Assembly: GCA_035285465.1 (NCBI GenBank)
Contig: JAYKHC010000012.1
Location: 21,565-85,564 of the forward strand
DNA: 64,000 nt
Source: Cyanobacteriota bacterium
GTDB lineage: Bacteria > Cyanobacteriota > Cyanobacteriia > PCC-6307 > Cyanobiaceae
Direction of reading: 5' to 3'
Every line of letters starts with the position of its first letter. Within the stretch, counting starts at the first letter, position 1. The translations under genes were made by a program, and so were the position numbers. Shown piece by piece: positions 47,871 through 56,246 of the stretch. The notes under the pieces were generated by a model. That model was not told where the DNA came from. It saw nothing but the letters and a program-made list of their open reading frames with translations, and did not search any database.

Positions 47871-49358
47871 GTGCCCAGTTCCTTTGTATTGGTCTATCAT
47901 CGTTCGCCTTATGATGAAACGATCGACGCCGAAGGAAACCGCAATTGGGAAGACCAGAAAAGTCCCAATGGGATCATCCCAACACTCAGGAATCTGATCG
48001 GATCTCAGCCTTCTGCCACCTGGCTGGCCTGGAGGGAAGAAGAATCTTCTCAGGCTGATGATCTGATCCAGATCATTGAAGAGCCGACCAAGATCAGGCT
48101 GCGGCGCATTCCGCTTCAACAAACCCAGATCAGCAGCTTTTATCACGTCACGTCCAAAGAATCGATCTGGCCGATTCTGCATAGCTTTCCGTCAATTTTT
48201 GCGATCAACAATGCGGATTGGCAGACCTTTCAAGAGGTCAACCGACGCTTTGCCATTGCCGCCTGCGACGAAGCTTCGCCCGGTGCGGCAATCTGGATTC
48301 ATGATTACAACCTCTGGCTCACTCCCGGCTACATCAGGGCCATACGCCCGGATGTGAGAATCAGTTTTTTTCATCACACCCCCTTCCCCAGCAGCGATGT
48401 GTTCAGCATCCTGCCCTGGCGGGTTGAGATTCTGGAGAGTCTGCTCTGCTGCGATGCGGTTGGCTTCCACATCCCGAGGTATGCCGAGAACTTTGCCCGT
48501 GCTGCAACCAGCCTGCTCCCTGTCGAGAAAGGCCCCAAAACTGATGTTCCCAGCCATTTTCTGAGCTGTGGGAGCGCCCTCGCACAGCCCGATGCGACCC
48601 CCTGGGTGGAATACCGGGGCCACAGGGTGAAACTGGTTTCAACTCCCGTGGGCACCTCCCCTCAGGTGATTCAACAAATCAGGGATAGCCCCATGGTGCG
48701 GACCCTGATCAGCGAGATCGAAAAAAGCACAAAGAACGGTCGCCAGCTGATCCTTTCAGCCAGCCGTGTGGACTACACCAAGGGAAATGAAGAGATGCTG
48801 CTGGCCTACGAGAGATTGCTTGAACGTCGACCTGATCTGCATAACCAGGTGGTGCTTGTTCTGGCCTGCGTGGCAGCCAACACAGGGATGAAAGTGTATG
48901 AAGACACCCAGCGCAGCATCGAGGAAATGGTGGGCCGGATCAATGGACGGTTCAGTCGCATCGACTGGGTGCCGATTCATCTCACCACCCAGCGCATTCC
49001 CTATGAGGAGATGGTCGCCTGGTTTGCCTCCTCGGACATCTGCTGGATCACGCCGCTGCGCGATGGCCTGAACCTGGTGGCCAAAGAATACGCAGCGGCA
49101 CGCAAAGGAATGGGTGGCACCCTGGTGCTCTCAGAATTCACCGGTGCTTCCGTCGTGATGAGGGGAGCGGTGTTCACCAACCCCTATTCACAACGGCTCA
49201 TGGACAGCGCGATCGAGCTTGCCCTCTCCATGCCGGTTGATCAACAACACAGCCGCATGACCTCGATGGTGAGTGCCGTTGAGCAACTGAGCGTTGAGAA
49301 CTGGGCCAGGGAGCAACTGCAGGCAATCCAGCATCCCGATCCCCAGCTGACGAGCTGA
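47871..49358 (+). CDS. ggpS: Glucosylglycerol-phosphate synthase (GT20 family)
   Basis: 495 aa, GTG start. The N-terminus M-PSSFVLVYHRSPYDE...KSPNGIIPTL and the GT20 (OtsA-like) core (WIHDYNLWLTPGYIR, SRVDYTKG, TPLRDGLNLVAKEY) are as in cyanobacterial GgpS. The genomic context (stpA-like, glpK, glpD) supports the call. Confidence 0.88.
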   Translation: MPSSFVLVYHRSPYDETIDAEGNRNWEDQKSPNGIIPTLRNLIGSQPSATWLAWREEESSQADDLIQIIEEPTKIRLRRIPLQQTQISSFYHVTSKESIWPILHSFPSIFAINNADWQTFQEVNRRFAIAACDEASPGAAIWIHDYNLWLTPGYIRAIRPDVRISFFHHTPFPSSDVFSILPWRVEILESLLCCDAVGFHIPRYAENFARAATSLLPVEKGPKTDVPSHFLSCGSALAQPDATPWVEYRGHRVKLVSTPVGTSPQVIQQIRDSPMVRTLISEIEKSTKNGRQLILSASRVDYTKGNEEMLLAYERLLERRPDLHNQVVLVLACVAANTGMKVYEDTQRSIEEMVGRINGRFSRIDWVPIHLTTQRIPYEEMVAWFASSDICWITPLRDGLNLVAKEYAAARKGMGGTLVLSEFTGASVVMRGAVFTNPYSQRLMDSAIELALSMPVDQQHSRMTSMVSAVEQLSVENWAREQLQAIQHPDPQLTS

Positions 49359-50614
49359 TGAGGATCGGCCGGTATCTGGCTCTGGCGCTGCTGTTGCTGC
49401 TGGGGTTCTCGCTGTGTCTGTGGGTCAGGGCCCAGACCTTCGTGCAACCGGTTTCGGTGCTGATGCCAGCTCCCTTTGCCGATGCCACAGCTGAGCTGGT
49501 GGGAGCTTTCAATCGCAGCCATCCCCGCATCCGCCTCAGCGTGACCCGTGGGCCACTGGAGACTGAAGCGGTCTCCGATCTTGCGGTCAGCAGCCTGCTG
49601 CTGGGGGACAGCCCTTATGACCTGCTGCTGATGGATGTCACATGGACACCCAAATACGCTGCTGCCGGCTGGCTGGAACCGCTGGAGGGCTGGCTGGGAG
49701 CAGAGGCCCTGGCCGATCTGGCCACGGGGGCGGAACTGGGCAATGCCTTCGACGACCATCTCTGGCGCTTCCCGCTTGTGGCCGATATGGGGCTGCTCTA
49801 CTGGCGTAGCGATCTGATGGATGCACCACCCCGCACTCCTGAGCAACTTGAGCAGATCAGCAGGCGTCTTCAGGCGGAAGGTGAGGTCAACTGGGGCTAT
49901 GTCTGGCAGGGCCGCCAATATGAGGGGCTGAGCTGCGTGGTGGTGGAAATGCTGCGGGGCTTCGGCGGCCACTGGCTGGAAAACGGTCAACCCAGCCTCG
50001 ACAGCACCGCTGCGGTGAAAGCGGTGACCTGGCTGCGGCATCTGGTGGAGGCCGGGATCACGCCGCCCACGGTGGCCAACATGACGGAGCCCGAAGCGCT
50101 TCAGGTTTTCCAGGCCGGTGATGCCGCCTTCATGCGCAACTGGCCCTATGCCTGGGCGGAGCTGAACAAACCCGAATCGCTCCTGCGAGGCAAGGTGGGC
50201 ATCACCACGATGGTGAGTGAAGCCGGTGAACCCCACGCTGCCACCCAGGGCAGCTGGGGACTGGCTCTGCTCGCCGGCTCCCGTCACAAAGCGGCCGCCG
50301 TGGAAGCCCTGCGCTACCTCACCAGCGTGGAGGCCCAGAAACAGCTCAACCTGAACTGGGGCTACACCCCGACCCGGCTCAGCCTGTTCGACGACCCCGA
50401 ACTGCTGGCCATCAATCCCGTGCTGAGCGAACTGAAGCAGGCCCTGAGCGATGCGGTGCTGCGGCCTCTCACGCCCGTGTACGCCCAGCTCAGCGATCTG
50501 CTTTACAGGGATGTCAACAACGTGATCACGGGCGGAATCCTGCCCGAACCGGCCATGGCCGAGCTGCAGAGCAACAGTGAGCGCCTGCTGGTGACCGCTG
50601 GAGGCCTCACCTGA
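49358..50614 (+). CDS. ABC transporter substrate-binding protein (GgtB-like, family 1 sugar/polyol SBP)
   Basis: 418 aa with a signal peptide (MRIGRYLALALLLLLGFSLCLWVRAQ). The start overlaps the ggpS stop (TGATG). The substrate is inferred only from context. Confidence 0.75.
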   Translation: MRIGRYLALALLLLLGFSLCLWVRAQTFVQPVSVLMPAPFADATAELVGAFNRSHPRIRLSVTRGPLETEAVSDLAVSSLLLGDSPYDLLLMDVTWTPKYAAAGWLEPLEGWLGAEALADLATGAELGNAFDDHLWRFPLVADMGLLYWRSDLMDAPPRTPEQLEQISRRLQAEGEVNWGYVWQGRQYEGLSCVVVEMLRGFGGHWLENGQPSLDSTAAVKAVTWLRHLVEAGITPPTVANMTEPEALQVFQAGDAAFMRNWPYAWAELNKPESLLRGKVGITTMVSEAGEPHAATQGSWGLALLAGSRHKAAAVEALRYLTSVEAQKQLNLNWGYTPTRLSLFDDPELLAINPVLSELKQALSDAVLRPLTPVYAQLSDLLYRDVNNVITGGILPEPAMAELQSNSERLLVTAGGLT

Positions 50615-51489
50615 TGCGCTGGAAGCTCTGGCTTCTGATGGCTCCGGCACTGATCTGGCTGCTTGCCGTGTTCGCGGCGCCGATGCTGCACTATGCCTGG
50701 CTGAGCACCCAGGCTCAGACCGTGCTCACCGGGCTGCAGCCCAGGCCCGTGGGGGCCCAGCAATGGCTGCGCCTCTGGAATGATGCGCGCTTCTGGCAGG
50801 ACACCTGGCAGACCCTGCGTTTCAGTTCGGCTTCTCTGGGACTGGAAATGATGCTGGGCCTGGCGATTGCGCTGCTGCTGAACCAGCCGCTGCGCGGCCG
50901 CGGCACTCTGCGCACCATCAGCCTGCTGCCCTGGGCCCTGCCCACCACCGTGATGGCGCTCGGCTGGCGCTGGATCTTCAATGATCCCTATGGTCCGATC
51001 AACCAGCTGCTGCGGCAACTGGGTCTGGAATCGGCGGGGTTCCTTTCGGATCCAGCGATCACCTGGCTGACGGCGGTGTGGGCCGACACCTGGAAGACAA
51101 CGCCGTTTGTGGCGCTGCTCTTGCTGGCGGGCCTTCAGAACATTCCGGCTGACCTCTACGAGGCAGCAGCTCTCGAGGGAGCCGCTGCCTGGCAGAGCCT
51201 GCGCCGGATCACGTTGCCCCTGCTCGCACCCTATCTGCTGATCGCTCTGCTGTTCCGCCTGGCTCAGGCCCTGGGAGTGTTTGATCTGATCCAGGTGCTC
51301 ACCGGCGGTGGCCCGGCAGGCAGCACCGAAAGCCTTGCGCTCTATGCCTACCTCAATGCGATGCGCTTTCTCGACTTCGGCTACAGCGCCACGGTGATGC
51401 TCGGCTCCTTCGCCGTGCTTCTGGCGGTGGTGGGCCTGGCGGCCCTTTTCTTTCAATGGAGCCGCACCGCCTCGGAGGAGCTGCGCTGA
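50614..51489 (+). CDS. ABC transporter permease (GgtC-like, MalF type)
   Basis: 291 aa, multi-TM, with the EAA loop AAALEGAAAWQSLRRITLPLL. The start overlaps the upstream stop. Confidence 0.78.
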   Translation: MRWKLWLLMAPALIWLLAVFAAPMLHYAWLSTQAQTVLTGLQPRPVGAQQWLRLWNDARFWQDTWQTLRFSSASLGLEMMLGLAIALLLNQPLRGRGTLRTISLLPWALPTTVMALGWRWIFNDPYGPINQLLRQLGLESAGFLSDPAITWLTAVWADTWKTTPFVALLLLAGLQNIPADLYEAAALEGAAAWQSLRRITLPLLAPYLLIALLFRLAQALGVFDLIQVLTGGGPAGSTESLALYAYLNAMRFLDFGYSATVMLGSFAVLLAVVGLAALFFQWSRTASEELR

Positions 51490-52286
51490 TGGCCCGCCTG
51501 GCGCTGCTGATCTGGAGTATCGGGCCGATGCTGTGGCAGCTCTACACGTCTCTGAGGCCCACCGATGCGCTCACCGGTGGAGCCAGCGGTGAGCGCGCCT
51601 GGACTCTTGAGCATTACCTCCAGCTGCTGCAGGGTGATCCTCCCTTTCTGATCTATCTGCTCAACAGCGCTGTGGTTGGCGCCAGCAGCACAGTCCTCAC
51701 GCTGCTCCTGGCCGTGCCCTGCGCCTATGCCCTCAGTCGCATCGGCCGCACGGCATCACTCACGCTCTCGCTGTTGGTGGCCGGCGCCGCAGCCTTCCCT
51801 GCCGTGTTGCTGTTCCTGGCCCTGCTGGAGGTGGCACGCGACTGGCACCTGGCCAACAACCTCCTGGCCCTGAGCCTGCCCTATGCAGGCCTGTCCCTTC
51901 CGCTGGCAATCCTGCTGCTGCAGGCTTCGTTCCGGGATATCCCGCTGGAGCTGGAGGAGGCGGCGGTGATGGAGGGGATGGATCTCTGGCAGCGCCTGCG
52001 CTGGGTGCTGCTACCGCTGATGACCCCGGCAATGGCCAGTGCCTCGCTGCTGATCTTCATCTTCTGCTGGAACGAATACCCGATTGCGCTCACCTGGCTG
52101 AGCCGCAGCGACCTGCTCACCCTGGCGCCGGCCATCGCCCGCATCGGCGGCTCGTCCGTGTACACCATTCCCTATGGGGCCTTCGCCGCCGCCACGGTGA
52201 TCGGCAGTGCCCCCCTGATCCTGCTGATGCTGCTGTTTCAGCGCCAGATCGTCAGCGGTCTCACTCAGGGAGCCATCAAAGGATGA
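51489..52286 (+). CDS. ABC transporter permease (GgtD-like, MalG type)
   Basis: ATG 51489 overlaps the upstream TGA by 1 nt (TGATG). MARLALLIWSIGPMLWQLYTSL. The EAA loop is EEAAVMEGMDLWQRLRWVLLPL. Confidence 0.78.
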   Translation: MARLALLIWSIGPMLWQLYTSLRPTDALTGGASGERAWTLEHYLQLLQGDPPFLIYLLNSAVVGASSTVLTLLLAVPCAYALSRIGRTASLTLSLLVAGAAAFPAVLLFLALLEVARDWHLANNLLALSLPYAGLSLPLAILLLQASFRDIPLELEEAAVMEGMDLWQRLRWVLLPLMTPAMASASLLIFIFCWNEYPIALTWLSRSDLLTLAPAIARIGGSSVYTIPYGAFAAATVIGSAPLILLMLLFQRQIVSGLTQGAIKG

Positions 52287-53323
52287 TTGCGAACATGTCC
52301 ATGCCGGGTTCCACGGATTCAGGTCTGTCACTGCGTGGCCTCAGCCGCCGTCTGGGTCATCAGACCCTGCTGGATCAGCTCAGCCTTGAAGTTCCTGCCG
52401 GTGAGATCCTGGCTTTGCTGGGGCCGAGCGGCTGCGGCAAGAGCACCGTTCTGCGTCTGATCGCCGGCCTCGATCCCGTCTCAGCCGGCGAAGTCTGGCT
52501 GGGGGGGCGAAACGTGACGGCGCTGCCGCCCGGTCAACGCCAGGTGGCGATGGTGTTCCAGAGCTATGCGCTCTATCCCCATCTCACCGTGGAGCGGAAT
52601 CTCAGTCTTGGGATGGAGCTGCGGGGGGAGACGCGGCAGACGATCGCCCGGGAGCTCCAGCGGGTGCTGACGCTGCTGAAACTTGACGCCCTGCGCCTGC
52701 GCCGGCCGGCCCAGCTTTCCGGGGGTCAGCGTCAGCGCGTCGCCCTGGCGCGGGCCCTGCTGCGCCGGCCGGCCCTGTTTCTGCTCGATGAGCCGATGAG
52801 CAATCTCGATGCCCAGCTGCGGGATGACCTGCGTGCCGAGCTGAGGGATCTGCTCGGCCAGACCGGTGCTCCTGTCATCTATGTGACCCACGACCAGCAG
52901 GAAGCCATGGGGCTCGCCGACAGGATCGCCGTTCTGCGAGAAGGACGACTTCAGCAGCTGGGCACCTCCAGGGAGCTGTATGAATCACCAGTGAATCGCT
53001 TCGTGGCCGGATTCCTTGGCAGCCCGACCATCAATCTGATCCGGGATGGTGAGGATACCCAGCTCGGGCTGCGGCCTGAACGGGTTCAGCTGCAGCCCGC
53101 CTCGACGGCTCTGCCGAACGGCTGGAAGGCCAGACCGGGCCGGGTCGTGCACTGGGAGTGGCTGGGTGACCGTGTGATCAGCCATGTGGCCTGCGGGCCT
53201 GATTCCATTCTGAAAGTGGTCAGCAAGGAGCTCTGCACCGACGACGACGTGCAGGTGAGATGGCGTGCCTCCGATGAGCTTCGCTTCAACCGGCGCACCG
53301 GGGAACGGCTTTCCTCGAACTGA
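52283..53323 (+). CDS. ABC transporter ATP-binding protein (GgtA/MalK-like)
   Basis: 346 aa. Walker A (GPSGCGKST), signature (LSGGQRQRVALARA), Walker B (FLLDEPMSNLD) and a MalK-type C-terminal regulatory domain. ATGA overlap with the upstream gene. Confidence 0.85.
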   Translation: MIANMSMPGSTDSGLSLRGLSRRLGHQTLLDQLSLEVPAGEILALLGPSGCGKSTVLRLIAGLDPVSAGEVWLGGRNVTALPPGQRQVAMVFQSYALYPHLTVERNLSLGMELRGETRQTIARELQRVLTLLKLDALRLRRPAQLSGGQRQRVALARALLRRPALFLLDEPMSNLDAQLRDDLRAELRDLLGQTGAPVIYVTHDQQEAMGLADRIAVLREGRLQQLGTSRELYESPVNRFVAGFLGSPTINLIRDGEDTQLGLRPERVQLQPASTALPNGWKARPGRVVHWEWLGDRVISHVACGPDSILKVVSKELCTDDDVQVRWRASDELRFNRRTGERLSSN

Positions 53324-53339
53324 GCGGCAGGCGCCTCCA

Positions 53340-53365
53340 CCTCCAGATCACCCCTCCAGATCACC
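53340..53365. repeat. Perfect 13-bp tandem direct repeat (CCTCCAGATCACC x2)
   Basis: Copies at 53340-53352 and 53353-53365, read directly from the sequence. Located in the convergent gap between the ABC ATPase gene and the GpsA-like gene. The second copy overlaps the latter's stop codon. Confidence 0.9.
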
Positions 53366-54905
53366 ACACGTTCTCAATCACATTCATGGCCCTGAGATAG
53401 GCCGGAAGCTGGTCGGTGGAGGTCTCGTCATCGATGAAACTGTCCTCGGTGTTGGGGTGCCGTGCCAGGTCGGAGACCACCGCGCTCACCACCAGATCCA
53501 TCGCTGCCGGGTTGTCGAGGTTCTGCAGGGCTTCGGCGAAGCGGCGGCTGTGCGTCGGACGCACGGATTCCTGGCAGTAGTTGCTGAGTTCACGGCTCTG
53601 GGTCATCACCGCGAAGGCGGCCTGCCTGGAGTTCTGCCGCCCCAGCACCGCCATGTAGAGCAGATTGCCAAGGGAGGCGTCATGAAGCGGGATTCCGTAC
53701 TGCCGGACGATCTGGGGCCAGTAGCGCAGCGAGCGCAGGCCCTCGAGCCCGCCCTTGACGATCCCGGCCTGCTCGCACCAGCTTTCCAGCTCCTCGAGGC
53801 CGTTGGGACAGCGTCCGAGTTCCCGCATCCGCTCTGCCAGCACCCGGCCGGCCTGGAAATTTCGGGTGGGGCTGCCGGATGTGGGCAGCATCATGCTGCC
53901 TCGCACATCGGCCACCATGGCCGTGAGCTGGGAAAAGGTGTGATCACGCACCTTTTCCATATCTCCGTCGCGCAGCAGCGCAGCCTCGATGCGTTGCACG
54001 CCGTAACCGAGCTCGGTGAGGGCGATGGGCTGCCGGTGGTACAGGCGCTGCCGATCGCGTCGCGCCATCGACACCGTGGCAGCCTGATCCAGGCACTGAT
54101 CGAGCAGCAGAGTCAGCACCGTGGGCAGCACGCCGGGATTCTCACGGTGGAAGGTGTAGGTGAATCCGGCGAAGATCGAGGCCATGTTCTTGGCGGCCTT
54201 GACGTATTGCCCCTCGATGTTGTGAACACCGGCCGAAACCTGAATGTTCGGTGAGATGCGATCCAGCAGGCGAGCCCCCAGCAGGGCGGTGAGGGCGTTG
54301 GGATGGCAGAAGTTGGCCGTGAAACTGTCCAGGGGGTTACGGAGCGCCCCATGGCGATGAAAACCGCTGAAGAAGGCCAGGTTGGGCTCCTTCTGGCAGA
54401 GCACATAGGCCTCGTTGCTGATCGGGTCGTGGCAGAACGAGCCCGCGAGACAGGCCAGCACCACGTGCTCGCGCTGCATGGATTCACGCAGAGCCAGAGC
54501 CTCCTGAAGATCTTCCTCAACGTGGTTGCTGTTGGCGCTCAGAACCACCAGTTCACACCGTTCGATCAGATCAGCCAGGCGGTTCGGCGATCGGCTGCTG
54601 CCCTGCAGATGCGTCGCCATCATCTCCATCGTGGCGAGATGGGCCGGATCCATACCGGCCAGGTCATCGGCCGAGAAGGCTCCCAGAAGCGAGCGACCCG
54701 GGCGAGGCGCGAGCAGCAGACGCGATCCGTCGGTCTGCATGGCGCAGTTGTACGCCAGGGCGGCCGGATACAACCCCACGCTGTACAGACCCACCTTGCC
54801 CTGCTCAAGGGCAAGCAGGCGCTCGCGGATCAGGGCGGGATCCAGATTCGGCGGGAAAAATCCGTTTTTTAACAGGGCTGCTCGGGGAGATCGGGACGGT
54901 TCCAT
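53361..54905 (-). CDS. Divergent NAD-dependent glycerol-3-phosphate dehydrogenase (GpsA)-like protein, function uncertain
   Basis: ATG 54905 (MEPSRSPRAALLKNGFFPP...). The track ORF extends to 55052 into the divergent gene. By-eye similarity to the GpsA C-terminal domain (GVHNIEGQYVKAAKNMASIFAGF versus GVQLGGAVKNVIAIGAG; SPTRNFQAGRVLAE versus SRNRRFGMMLGQG). The N-terminal VGLYSVGLYPAALAY sits in place of the GxGxxG loop. About 514 aa versus about 340 for GpsA. Confidence 0.55.
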   Translation of the reverse strand: MEPSRSPRAALLKNGFFPPNLDPALIRERLLALEQGKVGLYSVGLYPAALAYNCAMQTDGSRLLLAPRPGRSLLGAFSADDLAGMDPAHLATMEMMATHLQGSSRSPNRLADLIERCELVVLSANSNHVEEDLQEALALRESMQREHVVLACLAGSFCHDPISNEAYVLCQKEPNLAFFSGFHRHGALRNPLDSFTANFCHPNALTALLGARLLDRISPNIQVSAGVHNIEGQYVKAAKNMASIFAGFTYTFHRENPGVLPTVLTLLLDQCLDQAATVSMARRDRQRLYHRQPIALTELGYGVQRIEAALLRDGDMEKVRDHTFSQLTAMVADVRGSMMLPTSGSPTRNFQAGRVLAERMRELGRCPNGLEELESWCEQAGIVKGGLEGLRSLRYWPQIVRQYGIPLHDASLGNLLYMAVLGRQNSRQAAFAVMTQSRELSNYCQESVRPTHSRRFAEALQNLDNPAAMDLVVSAVVSDLARHPNTEDSFIDDETSTDQLPAYLRAMNVIENVW

Positions 54906-54957
54906 CCTCACCTGCCAGGCTCTCGGGCCTGTGAGAGGGTAAGGAAGGGTTCCTCTG

Positions 54958-56199
54958 GTGCGCATGATCAGGCTCACCCTGGCTGAGCTGCAGGATGAGC
55001 TGAGCAGCGAACGCAATCTGCTGCTGGTCCAGGACGTCGATGGCGTGTGCATGCCGCTGGTGCGTGATCCGCTCGAACGACGTCTGGATCCGGGCTACAT
55101 CGAGGCAGCCGCCAGCCTGGAGGACAGCTTCCGGGTGCTGACCAATGGTGAACATGCCGGCCGCAGGGGGCTGAACAGGCTGGTGGAGGCAGCTCTCACC
55201 GGCGAGCGCGATGCGGCTGCTGAGGGGCTCTACCTGCCCGGGCTCGCAGCAGGGGGGGTTCAGCTCCAGGACAGCAGGGGGAACCTCAGTCATCCCGGGG
55301 TGAGCGAGGCGGAGCTGGATTTTCTGGGTGCCCTTCCTGAGCGGTTGCTGGAACGGCTGGAGAGCGGTCTCAGGCCACTGCTGCCGGAGGCCTCCGCTCG
55401 GGAACGGCATCGGCTGATCCTGCAGGCGGTGCTGGATAACCCTGTGTCCCCCACCATCAATCTCAATGGGCTGTTCGCCTGGGTCGGCCCGGACCCCGGG
55501 CGGAGGCAGACGCTGCAGCGGCTGGCCCTCGAGCTGATGGCCGAACATCTCATCGAGGCCCGCACTTCCGGGCTGGATGGCTCCTTCTTCCTGCACCTTG
55601 CCCCCAACCTGGGCCGCGAACGTGGCCAGGAACGGCTGATGCCGGCCGGGCACGCTCAGGGCGGCACCACGGATGTTCAGTTCATGTTGCGCGGAGCCCG
55701 CAAGGAGGTGGGGCTGCTTGTGCTGCTCAATCAGCACATCGCGGCCCGGTGCGGCAAGGCACCCCTGGGTGAGGATTTCAATGCCCGTCAGGCCCCGGAG
55801 CGGGAAGCGGATCTGCTGAGGATCTGCCGTGAGCGGATCAGCGAGGATCAGATGCCCACCCTGGTGGGAGTGGCTGACACCATCACGTCAGAACCGCTGA
55901 CCGATGGCCGGGGCTGGAGTCGTGGCGGCAGCGACCGGGGCTTCCTGCAGCTTGTTCAGGGCCTGGGGGAATGCTTCGGGCGCCCGAACCGGGTGGTGCT
56001 GGTGGACAGCAGCACGGGCGAGCTCGACCGCCCGAGCCTCGGCGATCCGCAGCTGAAGGGGCTGAGTGACCCCGAGGATCCCTTGCACATTGACGCTCTG
56101 GTTCCGGGTGGGCCGGCCGAGTATGTGAAGTGGTTTCAGCAGCTGGCCGGGCGGCGGCGTGCCCTGGCCAAGGCTGACAGCAGGCCGGGGTTTGTCTAA
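54958..56199 (+). CDS. stpA: Glucosylglycerol 3-phosphatase (StpA/GgpP-like)
   Basis: 413 aa (GTG 54958 or ATG 54964). The N-terminal NLLLVQDVDGVCMPLVRDPL matches my recollection of the StpA salt-tolerance phosphatase family. The size (about 420 aa) and context fit. Confidence 0.72.
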   Translation: MRMIRLTLAELQDELSSERNLLLVQDVDGVCMPLVRDPLERRLDPGYIEAAASLEDSFRVLTNGEHAGRRGLNRLVEAALTGERDAAAEGLYLPGLAAGGVQLQDSRGNLSHPGVSEAELDFLGALPERLLERLESGLRPLLPEASARERHRLILQAVLDNPVSPTINLNGLFAWVGPDPGRRQTLQRLALELMAEHLIEARTSGLDGSFFLHLAPNLGRERGQERLMPAGHAQGGTTDVQFMLRGARKEVGLLVLLNQHIAARCGKAPLGEDFNARQAPEREADLLRICRERISEDQMPTLVGVADTITSEPLTDGRGWSRGGSDRGFLQLVQGLGECFGRPNRVVLVDSSTGELDRPSLGDPQLKGLSDPEDPLHIDALVPGGPAEYVKWFQQLAGRRRALAKADSRPGFV

Positions 56200-56230
56200 T
56201 CCGTAATCAGTTTGTCTAATCCGTAATCAG
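56191..56230. repeat. Perfect 20-bp tandem duplication (TTTGTCTAATCCGTAATCAG x2)
   Basis: Copies at 56191-56210 and 56211-56230, read directly. The first copy contains the stpA-like stop (TAA 56197-56199). Four TAATC pentamers at 56197, 56204, 56217 and 56224. Locally AT-rich. Confidence 0.95.
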
Positions 56231-56246
56231 CTGGAGACCGAAAGCC

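Noticed and set aside
47820-48182. A 120-aa minus-strand ORF at the ggpS 5' end, considered as a GgpR-like small regulator.
   Set aside because: It overlaps the ggpS coding sequence in antisense for most of its length and has no DNA-binding motif. No small same-strand ORF exists in the 47690-47870 leader either.
49241-51456. 469-aa and 317-aa minus-strand ORFs (49241-50650 and 50503-51456).
   Set aside because: They are antisense to the SBP and permease genes, which are translationally chained to ggpS and have a clear signal peptide and EAA-loop features. The antisense products are His/Gln/Gly/Arg-rich shadows.
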